DNA of 64,000 nt from Patescibacteria group bacterium (GCA_049322675.1 JBMORM010000025.1:520-64519); one strand, 5' to 3'. Shown: positions 28,509-39,111, counted from the stretch's first letter. Translations and numbers: made by a program. The notes: generated by a model not told the origin, from the sequence alone.

Positions 28509-29357
28509 ATGGGAAAAGCAAAAAAGTTTAAATTGGAACGAAAATTGGAAAGAGCAAATAAAGAAAAGGGGGTCAAAGAAAGGCAGAAATTATTTTTTGT
28601 AACGATTGCTACGATATTAGTGGTTTTGGTTGGGGGGTATTTTATTTCAAATTGGTATTTTAATAATAAAAAGGTGGATAATACTATGGAAAAACAAGCA
28701 ATTTTGCATACAAATATGGGGGATATTAAATTGGCATTGTATTCAAAAGATGCTTCAAAAACCGTGGAAAATTTTGTCGGATTGGCCAAAAAAGATTATT
28801 ATGATGGAACTTTGTGGCATCGAGTAATAAAAGATTTCATGATTCAAGGTGGTGATCCATTGAGTAAAGATGATGATCCAAGTAATGATGGTACTGGAGG
28901 AGAAAGTTTGTGGGGTGGAAAATTTGCCGATGAAATCAATGCCAAGAGTTTGGGTTTGACTGATCAACAGATACAAGATTTGGAGAGTCAGGGTTACAAA
29001 TATGATTCGGTCTTGAATTCTCACAAAATGGAGGCGGGAGTGATTGCGATGGCTAATTCTGGTCCTGACACCAATGGTAGTCAATTTTTTATTGTTTCCA
29101 GTCAGAGTCAACCGCATTTGGATGGTAGGCATACGGTGTTTGGTAAGGTTTTGGAGGGAATGGATGTGGTGACAAAGATTTCCGAAGTGGAGACTGATGA
29201 AAATGACCGGCCAAAAAATAATGTAGTCATCAATGATGTTGAGATAGTTGAAGGAAGCGACAATAATAATGAAGTCGATCAATCTATGCCGATTAAAGTT
29301 GATCAATTGGGTGGAAATACTGATGGCATAAAGATTGAAGACTTGAAAGTGGAGTAG
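28509..29357 (+). CDS. membrane-anchored cyclophilin-type peptidyl-prolyl isomerase
   Basis: N-terminal TM; HRVIKDFMIQGGDP, AMANSGPDTNGSQFFI and HTVFG. Confidence 0.93.
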   Translation: MGKAKKFKLERKLERANKEKGVKERQKLFFVTIATILVVLVGGYFISNWYFNNKKVDNTMEKQAILHTNMGDIKLALYSKDASKTVENFVGLAKKDYYDGTLWHRVIKDFMIQGGDPLSKDDDPSNDGTGGESLWGGKFADEINAKSLGLTDQQIQDLESQGYKYDSVLNSHKMEAGVIAMANSGPDTNGSQFFIVSSQSQPHLDGRHTVFGKVLEGMDVVTKISEVETDENDRPKNNVVINDVEIVEGSDNNNEVDQSMPIKVDQLGGNTDGIKIEDLKVE

Positions 29358-29365
29358 AGGATTTC

Positions 29366-29794
29366 ATGGATATTTTTGTGCCAATTCTTTTGTCTGTTGC
29401 TTTGCTGTTGGGATTGATCGGTTTGTTTTTTGTTTTTTCAAGAAAGAAGTCGAAGTTTGATTTAAGGTTGCGTGAAGAAGTAAAGAAGGCGGATATTAAG
29501 ATCGGTAATTTGTTACGAAAGAATAATATTGATTTAAAAAAACAGGCTTTGATTGTGGCTGACAAAACGTTGGATAGTGTTTTAAAGACTGTTGTAACCG
29601 GTAAGGATATGGGAGGAAGGTTGAAGAACGCAAGAAAGTTATTTTCTGATGATGAAAGTTTATATCAACAAATTTGGGAGGCGCACAAGACAAGAAATAA
29701 GGTGGTACATCAAGTTGATTTTTCGCCAAAGTCTGATAGATTGGTGATTTCGATAAATAGTTTACGTCGAGGGTGGAAATATTTGGGTTATTAA
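29366..29794 (+). CDS. membrane-anchored hypothetical protein with HEPN-like RxxxxH
   Basis: TM; ADK.LD..L; WEAHKTRNKVVH. Confidence 0.65.
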   Translation: MDIFVPILLSVALLLGLIGLFFVFSRKKSKFDLRLREEVKKADIKIGNLLRKNNIDLKKQALIVADKTLDSVLKTVVTGKDMGGRLKNARKLFSDDESLYQQIWEAHKTRNKVVHQVDFSPKSDRLVISINSLRRGWKYLGY

Positions 29795-29802
29795 GAATAT
29801 TT

Positions 29803-31287
29803 ATGAGTGATAATTGGTGGATAAAAATTGGATTGGAAGTGCATGTTCAGGTCAATACGGAATCAAAGATGTATTGTCGCTGTGTTAATGACAATTCTGA
29901 TGAGAGTCCCAATAGTCGTGTTTGTCCGATTTGTTTGGGATTGCCAGGTAGTTTGCCGGTATTGAATAAGAAAGTTTTGGAGTTGGCGCAAATGGTTTCT
30001 TTGGGTTTGAATTGTCGTGTGAATCACGCAAGCTCGTTTGATAGAAAAAATTATTTTTATCCGGATTTGCCCAAGGGTTATCAAATTACTCAATATTTTC
30101 AGCCATTGGCTCAGAACGGAAAAATGGAATTGAATTGCAAGGGTGAGATTTTTACGATAGGCATTAATCGATTGCATTTGGAGGAGGATACAGCCAAGAT
30201 GATTCATGCTGGGCGGGAGAGTTTGTTGGATTTTAATCGCAGCGGTATTCCGTTAATGGAAATTGTGACTGAACCTGATTTTCGCTCAGCCGATCAAGCT
30301 CAGATTTTTTTGGTCAATTTGCGGGATTTGGTAAAATGGGTTGGTGCTTCGAAGGCCAGGATGCAACATGGGGAGATGAGGTGCGACGCCAATATTAGTT
30401 TGTGGCAGGGTGAAGAGCAAAGGGGGGAGGTGGTAGAGGTAAAAAATCTGAATTCGATTCGTAATGTTCGGGATGCGATAGAATTTGAATATAGCAGACA
30501 AAAAGAATTAGTTTTGAGGGGAGAAAAAATAATAAAAGAAACTAGAGGTTGGAATACGATTATTTCTGAAACAATATCTCAAAGAGAAAAAGAAAAAGTT
30601 CATGACTATAGATATTTCCCTGAGCCTGATTTACCGATAATTGAACTATCTGAAAGTGATTTGATGGAAACAAAAAGCAAGATGCCGATTTTACCGTTGG
30701 TTATAAAAAGACAGATGAGAGAGCAATATGGCTTTTCTGAGCCAGTGATAGATGTTTTCTTTCAGAATGTTGATTTGTTTTATTTTTTTGAAAAAGTAAT
30801 TTCTGAGTTAATGATTTGGTTGGTGCAAAAAGAGATAAAAATTGAAAGCGTTGCCAAGAATGAAATTGATATTTTCAATAAGGTTGCCGGTTATGTTTTG
30901 ACTGATTTGTTGCCGATAGTGAGAGAAAATGGCGGATTGTCATTTGTCAAAATGACTCCGGAGAATTATGCTGAGTTGATTGCGCTTTTTTATGCCAAAA
31001 AAATTAATAATCAGACGATGAAGAAAATTTTACCAGAGATGGTAAAAGGCGGTTTGGGACCATTGGAGGTGGCGACAAAAAATGGTTGGTTGCAACAAGA
31101 TTCGACTTTTGATTTGGAAAAGGTTATTGATGAGGTGTTGGCGCAAAATGAAAAACAGGTGCTTGAATACAAGAGTGGAAAAATTCAACTATTGGCATAT
31201 TTTGTAGGGCAGGTAATGAAGAAAACAAACGGGATGATTGATCCAAATGAAGCCAGAGATTTGTTGGATAAAAAAATGTCATCTTAG
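29803..31287 (+). CDS. gatB: Asp/Glu-tRNA amidotransferase subunit B
   Basis: IGLEVH, RKNYFYPDLPKGYQITQ, HLEED and YRYFPEPDLP. Confidence 0.97.
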   Translation: MSDNWWIKIGLEVHVQVNTESKMYCRCVNDNSDESPNSRVCPICLGLPGSLPVLNKKVLELAQMVSLGLNCRVNHASSFDRKNYFYPDLPKGYQITQYFQPLAQNGKMELNCKGEIFTIGINRLHLEEDTAKMIHAGRESLLDFNRSGIPLMEIVTEPDFRSADQAQIFLVNLRDLVKWVGASKARMQHGEMRCDANISLWQGEEQRGEVVEVKNLNSIRNVRDAIEFEYSRQKELVLRGEKIIKETRGWNTIISETISQREKEKVHDYRYFPEPDLPIIELSESDLMETKSKMPILPLVIKRQMREQYGFSEPVIDVFFQNVDLFYFFEKVISELMIWLVQKEIKIESVAKNEIDIFNKVAGYVLTDLLPIVRENGGLSFVKMTPENYAELIALFYAKKINNQTMKKILPEMVKGGLGPLEVATKNGWLQQDSTFDLEKVIDEVLAQNEKQVLEYKSGKIQLLAYFVGQVMKKTNGMIDPNEARDLLDKKMSS

Positions 31288-31366
31288 CATATTTGTAATA
31301 ATTGGTTTGTAAAAAATATTTATGATATGTTAGTTAGTAGATAAATTGTTTTGGAGGGCAAAGAAT

Positions 31367-31732
31367 ATGTTGGAAACAAGTGTTGATTTGTTGTATGTTT
31401 CAATATCGGTAGGAGTGCTGGTTTTGGTTGGTTTTATATCTTATGTTTTGTTGAAGGTGGGATATTTGGTGACTGATTTTAGTTCAACAGTAAAGGAAGT
31501 AACTCATAAATTGGAATTGATGGACGAGACTGTGAATTTGGCTAATGACTCGATGCGGATGGTCAATGAAACAATAAGAGGAGTATTGGAAGTCGTGGAT
31601 AGTATAAAAGGTGCGGTAGGGGATTTGATTGTGGAGTTGCAGAAGATTTCAGGTTTGGTTTCTAGTTTGACCGGGATGATAGGTGGATTGAGTAGTTCTT
31701 TGAATCTTTTAAAGAAGAAAAGTAAAAAGTAG
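31367..31732 (+). CDS. DUF948 (YtxG/YoxC-like) protein
   Basis: TM plus amphipathic coiled coil; upstream of a YtxH-like gene. Confidence 0.6.
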   Translation: MLETSVDLLYVSISVGVLVLVGFISYVLLKVGYLVTDFSSTVKEVTHKLELMDETVNLANDSMRMVNETIRGVLEVVDSIKGAVGDLIVELQKISGLVSSLTGMIGGLSSSLNLLKKKSKK

Positions 31733-31743
31733 TTGGAGATATT

Positions 31744-31965
31744 ATGAGTGATGATAATAAACATTTTGTTGGTGGAATGCTGGTTGGTAGTGCGATAGGG
31801 GTAGTGCTAGGTATGTTGATTGCACCTGATTCTGGGGAAAAAACCAGACAAAAACTAAAAAATAAGATTTGTCTTTTTAAGGATTATTTGGTGGATGAGG
31901 TGATAAATGGTTCGAAAAAAAGTAAGTCACGTCCTATTATTGGAAAGAAAAAGGCAAAAAATTAA
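31744..31965 (+). CDS. YtxH-domain protein
   Basis: F..G.L.G..IG...G.L.AP.SG.KTR. Confidence 0.85.
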   Translation: MSDDNKHFVGGMLVGSAIGVVLGMLIAPDSGEKTRQKLKNKICLFKDYLVDEVINGSKKSKSRPIIGKKKAKN

Positions 31966-32005
31966 AAAGGCCAAATAGTTTATTTGTATATTTTTAAGAT
32001 TGATT

Positions 32006-33145
32006 ATGTCGTCATTTTCTAAGAGAACAAGCTGTTTGTTTTTTATAGCTGTTTTTTTATTTTCGACTGTTTTTGGTGGTGTGGCTGGTGGTTTGTCTTC
32101 ATGGTTGATTACAAAAAATTTGAAAATAGAGACTAATCAAAATGGGTTCAATTTTGGTGGTTCTCAAGTGTATAAAGTAGAAGAAGAGTCTGCTTATATT
32201 GATGCGGTAAAAAAAGTATCACCGGCGGTAGTTAGTATTACGTTAACAAAAAATGTAACTTCATTGTTTGGCGATATTTATCAAGAAAGTGGCGGAGGTA
32301 CTGGATTTATTATTAATTCCGATGGTTTAATATTAACCAATAAGCATGTAGTTTCTGAACAGGACGCTGAATACAGTGTTATTACTGCTGATGGCAAAAA
32401 ATATGATGTAAAGTCCAAGAGTTTGGATCCGATAGGGGATTTAGCTATTATCAAGATTGATGCCAACGCTTTGCCGGTGGTAGAATTATCCGATTCTGAT
32501 ACTTTAAAAATTGGGCAGCGAGTAATTGCTATTGGTAATGCTTTGAATGAATACCAAAATACCGTGACAACCGGGATTGTCAGTGCGGTTGATAGAACGG
32601 TTGTGGCTGGTGATGGAATGGGACAAAATGAGCAGTTGGAGAATATGATTCAAACTGATGCAGCTATTAATCCCGGAAATAGCGGTGGTCCTTTGTTGGA
32701 TATCAGTGGACGGGTAATAGGGATAAATACAGCGATTGATTCTCAAGCTTCAGGAATAGGGTTTGCGATTCCGATCAATCAGGCAAAATCGGCAATAGAG
32801 AGTTATTTGAAGTCAAACAAAATAGTTAGACCGCGTTTGGGAGTAAGGTATATGCCTTTGTCGCCGGAATTTTCCGCTTTGAATCAATTGGATGTTAGTG
32901 AAGGCGCTTTGATTTACGCTGGGGAAAAGTTGGGTGAGTTACCGGTAATTCCAGGTGGTCCAGCGGACAAGGCCGGTTTGCAGGTGAATGATATTATTGT
33001 TGCGATAAATGGTGAGAAAATTAGTGAAAATCATAGTTTGGCCGGGTTGTTGCAACAGTATCAGCCTGGGGACGAGATTGAGGTCGAGTATTTGAGAAAG
33101 GGTGAAAAGCAAAAAACTAAAATCATCTTGGATGAGATGAAGTAA
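32006..33145 (+). CDS. htrA: HtrA/DegP-family serine protease with PDZ domain
   Basis: TNKHV, DLA, QTDAAINPGNSGGPL, PDZ domain, N-terminal TM. Confidence 0.95.
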   Translation: MSSFSKRTSCLFFIAVFLFSTVFGGVAGGLSSWLITKNLKIETNQNGFNFGGSQVYKVEEESAYIDAVKKVSPAVVSITLTKNVTSLFGDIYQESGGGTGFIINSDGLILTNKHVVSEQDAEYSVITADGKKYDVKSKSLDPIGDLAIIKIDANALPVVELSDSDTLKIGQRVIAIGNALNEYQNTVTTGIVSAVDRTVVAGDGMGQNEQLENMIQTDAAINPGNSGGPLLDISGRVIGINTAIDSQASGIGFAIPINQAKSAIESYLKSNKIVRPRLGVRYMPLSPEFSALNQLDVSEGALIYAGEKLGELPVIPGGPADKAGLQVNDIIVAINGEKISENHSLAGLLQQYQPGDEIEVEYLRKGEKQKTKIILDEMK

Positions 33146-33165
33146 AAAATGGAGGGAGATATTTC

Positions 33166-34410
33166 ATGTCAAGCGAGATTGTAACAGGATTAGATGTCGG
33201 GGGGACAAAAGTTTGTGTGGTAGTGGGGCATATACTTCCGGATAAAAAATATCCGGAGGTTATTGGTTATGGTTGTGTCCCGTCGGTAGGTTTGAGAAAA
33301 GGAGTGGTTGTTGATATCGAAGAGACTGTTAGTGCAATATCGGCAGCGTTGGAGGTGGCGGAGAGAATGTCGGGTGTTCCGATTGATAATGCGGTAGTAG
33401 GGGTGGAGAGTACAATGATACAGTCCCAAAATAGTCGTGGGGTTATTGCGGTAGCAAAATCAGATGGTGAAATATCAACTTCGGATGTGACGAGAGTGGT
33501 TGAAGCAGCCAGAGCAGTTTCTGTTCCGGCTAATCGTGAGATTTTGCATGTTATTCCGAGAAGTTTTAAAGTTGATGATCAGGATGGCGTCCATGATCCG
33601 GTTGGAATGACTGGAGTTCGGTTGGAAGTTGAAGCGCATGTGGTAACGGCTTCTACTCCGACGATTAAAAATTTGACAAAATGTGTTTATCAAGCAGGAT
33701 TGGATATTGATGAATTGGTATTAAGTATTTTAGCGTCAAGTAAATCGATTTTGAATAGAAACCAGATGGAAGTTGGGTCGGTAGTAATCGATATTGGTTA
33801 TTCTACGACTGGGGTGGCAGTATTCGAAGAAGGCAACGTGTTACATACATGTGTATTACCGGTTGGGGCTTCTCATGTTACCAACGATATTGCTATTGGT
33901 CTGCGAACGTCGATTGAAGTGGCGGAAAAAATCAAGATCGAGGAAGGTTGTGCAATACCTTCGGTGGTGGCGGAAAGAGAACGAATTGATCTAAAAAAAT
34001 ACGGGGTGGCTGAGGGAGGATATGTGAGTAAACGAGAGGTAGCGGAAATAATTGAGGCGAGGATGTTAGAAATATATGGTATGGTCAATGATGAATTGAG
34101 AAGAGTGAAGAGGGATGGAATGTTGCCGGCGGGAGCGGTGGTTACTGGTGGTGGGAGCAAGTTGTTGGGGGCAGTGGATTTGGCAAAAGAATCGATGCGT
34201 TTACCTGCACAGTTGGGTTTACCTATTAATTTGACAGGGATGGTGGAAAAGTTGAGCGATGATCCTCAAATGGTGACTGCGATTGGTTTGATGCAGTGGG
34301 CAGGGGAGATCTTGGTTAGAGGTGGAAAAAATATTGGTGCCACAGCCAAACAAACTCAGGATGCAGGGTGGTCAAAAATAAAAGATTGGTTAGGTCAGTT
34401 TTTGCCTTGA
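33166..34410 (+). CDS. ftsA: cell division protein FtsA
   Basis: GLDVG, PVGMTGVRLE, DIG, AEKIK and TGGGS. Confidence 0.97.
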   Translation: MSSEIVTGLDVGGTKVCVVVGHILPDKKYPEVIGYGCVPSVGLRKGVVVDIEETVSAISAALEVAERMSGVPIDNAVVGVESTMIQSQNSRGVIAVAKSDGEISTSDVTRVVEAARAVSVPANREILHVIPRSFKVDDQDGVHDPVGMTGVRLEVEAHVVTASTPTIKNLTKCVYQAGLDIDELVLSILASSKSILNRNQMEVGSVVIDIGYSTTGVAVFEEGNVLHTCVLPVGASHVTNDIAIGLRTSIEVAEKIKIEEGCAIPSVVAERERIDLKKYGVAEGGYVSKREVAEIIEARMLEIYGMVNDELRRVKRDGMLPAGAVVTGGGSKLLGAVDLAKESMRLPAQLGLPINLTGMVEKLSDDPQMVTAIGLMQWAGEILVRGGKNIGATAKQTQDAGWSKIKDWLGQFLP

Positions 34411-34413
34411 GGT

Positions 34414-34442
34414 TTGATTTTGACAGATGTTTCAGGTATAAT
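34414..34442 (+). promoter_or_regulatory. sigma70 promoter for ftsZ
   Basis: TTGATT-17-TATAAT in the ftsA-ftsZ spacer. Confidence 0.55.
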
Positions 34443-34495
34443 TTTATTAAAGTATTCTAATTTTAATAGAAGCTTCATTATTATTAAAATTTGGC

Positions 34496-35620
34496 ATGAA
34501 TATGAATAAAAATATTAAGGGAGAGACGGATGTGATTGATGGGCGTTCAGCTGAAGATGGAATGGCGAGAATAAAGGTAGTTGGTGTTGGTGGTTCGGGT
34601 GGTTCTGCAGTAAATAGGATGATTGAAGCAAAATTAAAAGGGGTGAAGTTTATTGCCGTGAATTCTGATTTGCAGGCGTTGCATCGTAGTTTTACTGAGA
34701 CAAAAATTCAGGTTGGCAAAGAATTGACTAGGGGTTTGGGTTGTGGGGCTGATCCGGAGAAAGGCAGGATGTCGGCTGAAGAGAACAAAGATGAAATATA
34801 TGAGGAGTTGCGGGATACCGATATGGTTTTTGTGACTGCTGGTATGGGCGGTGGGACCGGAACTGGTGCCGCTCCGATTGTGGCTGGGATTGCCAAGGAA
34901 TTGGGTGCTTTGACTGTGGCGGTAGTGACGAAGCCTTTTTCTTTTGAGGGTCAAAGAAGAATGAAATTGGCTGAGGCGGGAATAGAAGAGTTGCGAAAAA
35001 ATGTTGATACTTTGATTGTGATTCCGAATGATCGCTTGTTGCAGGTGGTTGATAAAAAGACTTCTTTGATGGATGCTTTTCAAGTAGTGGATGATGTCTT
35101 GCGACAGGGTGTAAAAGGAATCACGGATTTGATAACGCAGCATGGTTTGATTAATCTTGATTTTGCTGACGTTAAAGCAATTATGCAGGATAGCGGAACT
35201 GCTTTGATGGGTATTGGTCATGGTACCGGTGAGTCGAGAGCGATCGAAGCAGCGAGAGCAGCTATTGACAGCCCGTTGTTGGAGGTTTCGATAGATGGGG
35301 CTAGAGGTATTTTAATGAATGTGACTGGTGGCCCAGATATGGGAATGTATGAAATAGACGAGGCGGCCAAGACTATTACTGAGGCCGCTGATGCTGATGC
35401 AAATATTATTTTTGGTGCAGTGATTGACGAGACTATGCAAGGAGAAGTTAGGATTACAGTGGTGGCGACAAATTTTGAGGGAAAAAAGGAAAAAGGAATG
35501 GCAAGAGATATGGTGGATAATAATAGTGTTTTGAATACAATCAATAAGTCTTCTTATAAGGGATCTCAGGAAGATGATGAATTGGAAGTACCTGCTTTTA
35601 TTCGTAGGAAGATGAAGTAA
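34496..35620 (+). CDS. ftsZ: cell division protein FtsZ
   Basis: [15 protein letters not shown] and C-terminal LEVPAFIRR. Confidence 0.99.
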   Translation: MNMNKNIKGETDVIDGRSAEDGMARIKVVGVGGSGGSAVNRMIEAKLKGVKFIAVNSDLQALHRSFTETKIQVGKELTRGLGCGADPEKGRMSAEENKDEIYEELRDTDMVFVTAGMGGGTGTGAAPIVAGIAKELGALTVAVVTKPFSFEGQRRMKLAEAGIEELRKNVDTLIVIPNDRLLQVVDKKTSLMDAFQVVDDVLRQGVKGITDLITQHGLINLDFADVKAIMQDSGTALMGIGHGTGESRAIEAARAAIDSPLLEVSIDGARGILMNVTGGPDMGMYEIDEAAKTITEAADADANIIFGAVIDETMQGEVRITVVATNFEGKKEKGMARDMVDNNSVLNTINKSSYKGSQEDDELEVPAFIRRKMK

Positions 35621-35698
35621 AAGGTATTAAAAATATTATTTGTGTTAGTTCAAGGGGTTCATATTTATGGATCCTTTTGTTATGTTAAAATATTATTT

Positions 35699-35947
35699 AT
35701 GGATGTTTTGATAAATTTTATTGAAATATTTAGAGAGATATTGATCGGGTTGTTGTTTATTCGGGTCGTTATGTCTTGGTTTGGTTGGCGCAATAATTTT
35801 ATTTTTGATATTTCTGATATTTTTTTGAAGCCAATCCAAAGAGTAATACCGACGGTTGGTGGTGTTTTTGATTTTAGTCCAATGGTAGCATATTTGTTGA
35901 TTGAGCTTGTGGCTCAATTGGCGATATCTTTTTTGGGAAATATGTAG
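35699..35947 (+). CDS. yggT: YggT-family protein
   Basis: RVVMSW..P.QRVIP..G.FDFSP. Confidence 0.85.
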   Translation: MDVLINFIEIFREILIGLLFIRVVMSWFGWRNNFIFDISDIFLKPIQRVIPTVGGVFDFSPMVAYLLIELVAQLAISFLGNM

Positions 35948-35964
35948 TCAGTTTTATACAAAAA

Positions 35965-36213
35965 ATGGGAAAAAATGAAAGAAAGGTGATAAGAACGATT
36001 AAGGTAAAAGTGATTCCTGGCGCGAGTGAGAACAAGATCGTTGGTATTCGAAATGATTGTTTGGTGGTGAAGTTGACATCAAAACCGGAAAAAGATAAAG
36101 CAAACAAACAATTGATTGATTTTTTATCTCGAGATTTAAAAGTAAAAAAGAATCAAATTATGATTGCTGCTGGTGTCAGGAGTCGTATTAAAGAAATTAT
36201 AATTTTGGATTAA
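35965..36213 (+). CDS. yggU: DUF167/YggU-family protein
   Basis: VKVIPGA, P...KAN..L, G.RSR.K. Confidence 0.88.
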   Translation: MGKNERKVIRTIKVKVIPGASENKIVGIRNDCLVVKLTSKPEKDKANKQLIDFLSRDLKVKKNQIMIAAGVRSRIKEIIILD

Positions 36214-36226
36214 CGGTAAAAAAGTA

Positions 36227-37339
36227 ATGTGGACAGGTTTTGCCAAAAAATATATAAAAAATTTTTCTATATCTGAGTGGTTGTTATGGATAATTACTTT
36301 TTCTTTGGTGGTGGCCGGACAACTTATTTTTTATAGCTTATCTTTAGGTGACAACGACATTAATTTGTGGTTGAAACAGGCTATGATTATTTTAATAGCT
36401 TGTTTTTTGTATTGGTGGTTTGGGAAGTCAGATTATCGTTTTTTTAAGGGAGTGGCTTGGTATGGCCTGATTATTGCTACTATTTTGTTGATTGCAGTTT
36501 TGTTGTTTGGACGGATTGAGTATGGAGCGAGGCGTTGGTTGGATGTGGGAATAGTCGGATTTCAACCGACGGAGTTGGTAAAGGCGGCATTAATAATTTT
36601 TTTGGCTAAATATTTTTCGGAAAAGGGTGATGATCTGAGACTAAAAGATATGATTTTTACTTTGGCCTTGGTGGTGATTTTAATGTTTTTTATTGCTCGG
36701 CAACCGGATTTGGGTTCTTCATTGGTGTTGTTGGCGATTTGGTTTGGAATGATAGTATGCTCAAGTATTTCGAGAAAATATATAATTGGTTTATTGGTAG
36801 CAGCATTGTTTTTACTACCTGTTTTTTGGATAAGTTTGCATGACTACCAGAGAAATAGGGTAATGTCGTTTATTGATCCTACTTTGGATCCTTATGGTGC
36901 TGGTTATAATATTTTGCAGTCGCAGATTGCTGTGGGTAGCGGAGGATGGTGGGGTTTGGGTATTGGTCGAGGTTGGCAGTCTCAATTGCATTTTTTGCCG
37001 GTGGCTTACTCTGATTTTGCTTTTGCGGTTTGGGCGGAAGAATTTGGTTTTGTGGGTGGATTGCTATTACTGATTTTGTTTGCCTTGTTGGTATGGCAAA
37101 TATGGCGTATTGCCTATTTGGCGGCTGATCAGTTTGGATTTTTTTTGGTGGTCGGAGTTGCTACGATGATAATATTTCAAGTTTTTGTAAATACGGGGAT
37201 GAATTTGGGGATTATGCCGGTAACGGGAATACCATTACCGTTTATAAGTTCGGGAGGTACATCGATATGGGCAGTAATGTTTTTATTGGGTTTAGTTGTA
37301 TCTGTAAGCAGGCGTTCCGAATATAAAAATATCAGGTAA
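36227..37339 (+). CDS. rodA: SEDS protein RodA
   Basis: GARRW, FQPTE.VK, QPDLG, YQRNR, GYN..QS.IAVGSG and TGIPLPFIS. Confidence 0.88.
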   Translation: MWTGFAKKYIKNFSISEWLLWIITFSLVVAGQLIFYSLSLGDNDINLWLKQAMIILIACFLYWWFGKSDYRFFKGVAWYGLIIATILLIAVLLFGRIEYGARRWLDVGIVGFQPTELVKAALIIFLAKYFSEKGDDLRLKDMIFTLALVVILMFFIARQPDLGSSLVLLAIWFGMIVCSSISRKYIIGLLVAALFLLPVFWISLHDYQRNRVMSFIDPTLDPYGAGYNILQSQIAVGSGGWWGLGIGRGWQSQLHFLPVAYSDFAFAVWAEEFGFVGGLLLLILFALLVWQIWRIAYLAADQFGFFLVVGVATMIIFQVFVNTGMNLGIMPVTGIPLPFISSGGTSIWAVMFLLGLVVSVSRRSEYKNIR

Positions 37340-37343
37340 AAAA

Positions 37344-38117
37344 ATGTACGGAAAACTGTATCAAACTAGAGGAATAATAATTAAGAAGAGAAATTATCGC
37401 GAAACCGATAAGGTTTTGGTAGTACTTTCGAGAGAGTATGGTCGAATAGAGATATTGGCAAGAGGGGCGAGGAAAACGGGTAATGTTTATTCCGGATTAT
37501 TGGAACCGATGATTGTTGGTGATTTTTATTTGAGTAAGGGTAGGACTTGGGATACTATTAATGATATGACTTTGGTAAATGATTATTCTCAGTATTTGGG
37601 AAAGAAGAATCTGGTTGTCTATAAGGGAGTATCATTTATTTTGGATATTTTGTATAAAATTTCGGTAATTGATAAAGACGAAAAAAGTTATTTTGGTTTA
37701 CTTATGACGTATTTGGAAGGACTGGTAAATGATTTCCAAGTATTACAAAATTCTGATAAGATGAAAATGTATTTATGTTCGTTTATTTTGTCGGTATTGG
37801 CTCTTTCCGGTCGTTTGCCTTGTTTTTTGGGTTGTACAATATGTTCCAGTCAGGATTGTCGGGATGGGGATGGTTGGAATTTGTCTTGTCAGGGCTTGGT
37901 TCATAGATATTGCTTGGCCAACAGGGATTTTTTTGAACCAACTTTGGTCTTGTCGGAAAGAGATAAAGTGAATTTGGAAAATTTGTTGGTGCTTCCGGGA
38001 GGAAAATTTATTTTGGAAGATATTGATCGGTATGAAATTGATAAATTGTATTTGGTAAGTTCTTTCTTGTTGTCAGCATATTTAGGAAAAGATGTGGGAA
38101 TGGAAGTTTTTAATTGA
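37344..38117 (+). CDS. recO: DNA repair protein RecO
   Basis: Y.E.DK.L...SRE.G.I..LARGARK; CxxC in the C-terminal part. Confidence 0.88.
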   Translation: MYGKLYQTRGIIIKKRNYRETDKVLVVLSREYGRIEILARGARKTGNVYSGLLEPMIVGDFYLSKGRTWDTINDMTLVNDYSQYLGKKNLVVYKGVSFILDILYKISVIDKDEKSYFGLLMTYLEGLVNDFQVLQNSDKMKMYLCSFILSVLALSGRLPCFLGCTICSSQDCRDGDGWNLSCQGLVHRYCLANRDFFEPTLVLSERDKVNLENLLVLPGGKFILEDIDRYEIDKLYLVSSFLLSAYLGKDVGMEVFN

Positions 38118-38157
38118 CTGCAAATTGGAGGGCGGTTTAGTTGTTGAGAATTTTTTT

Positions 38158-39111
38158 ATGGAATATTTGGTTTTGTTGGGTGGGGGAAGGTCTGATGAAA
38201 GATTAATAGCAAAAAGAACTTTGCGGGATATTCGTCAAGTTTTGGAGCCGTTGATTCCAGTTAAAATAATGTGGTTGGATGAGCATGGGGGGATGTGGGT
38301 TGGAAAAGGTGATGGATGGCAGACGGCTTGTATCAATCAGGGAATGATTTTTGAGACAAATTGTCAGGAAATGGTGATTGGGAAAACGGTGGGAGAAAAG
38401 ATTCAGCAAGTGTGGCCGGTAGTTTTTGGAAAAAGTTATGGTTGGTCAGGAATAGCAAGTATAGTAAGGTTTGGAGGATGTCGTCAGATTGGTACTAGCA
38501 GTATTCTGTCGATTCTTTTGCGGGATAATCAGATTGCTAGTCGAATTTTGACGGAATATTCGTTTACGGAATCCGGATTTGTGATAAATGAGAAAGAGTG
38601 GGTGGAAAATCGTTCGGTCGTAGTCGAGAATGCAATAAAAGAGTTGAAATTTCCGATAGAAATATGTGCAAAAGATTATAAACAGAGGGTGTCTTTGCCG
38701 GAAACATTGGAAAATTTTTTGGTTCAAATATTTGAAGATGAAAATGATCTTGATAAAATATTATTAAAGGAAATAGTTGAAGGTGAAAGAGAAATGGTAA
38801 TTGGTTTTGTAGGGCGTAAAAATTGGTTGCCTTCGAAATCGATGGTTAAAGTAAATCAAGAGTGGAATTTGTATGAAGATGCGACAGAGAGTCGGTTGGT
38901 TCAGGATATGATTATGGATTTTGTATCAAAATATGATGTTAGTGATTATGGTTTATTATATCTAAAAAAGAATCAAAATGGTTTTTTTGTCGATACGATT
39001 GAACTGTTTCCTGATTTGTCGAGGCAAGGAATATATGCAAAAGTGTGGCAAAAGTCTGGTTTGGAGTATGATGATCTTATCAAAAAAATCTATATGGAAA
39101 GTATAAAATAA
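38158..39111 (+). CDS. degenerate D-Ala-D-Ala ligase-like protein (probably inactive)
   Basis: Collinear with Ddl (GG.S.E; L.FP; E.VEG.RE; Y.KVW..SGL.Y..LI) but catalytic motifs are eroded. Confidence 0.7.
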   Translation: MEYLVLLGGGRSDERLIAKRTLRDIRQVLEPLIPVKIMWLDEHGGMWVGKGDGWQTACINQGMIFETNCQEMVIGKTVGEKIQQVWPVVFGKSYGWSGIASIVRFGGCRQIGTSSILSILLRDNQIASRILTEYSFTESGFVINEKEWVENRSVVVENAIKELKFPIEICAKDYKQRVSLPETLENFLVQIFEDENDLDKILLKEIVEGEREMVIGFVGRKNWLPSKSMVKVNQEWNLYEDATESRLVQDMIMDFVSKYDVSDYGLLYLKKNQNGFFVDTIELFPDLSRQGIYAKVWQKSGLEYDDLIKKIYMESIK

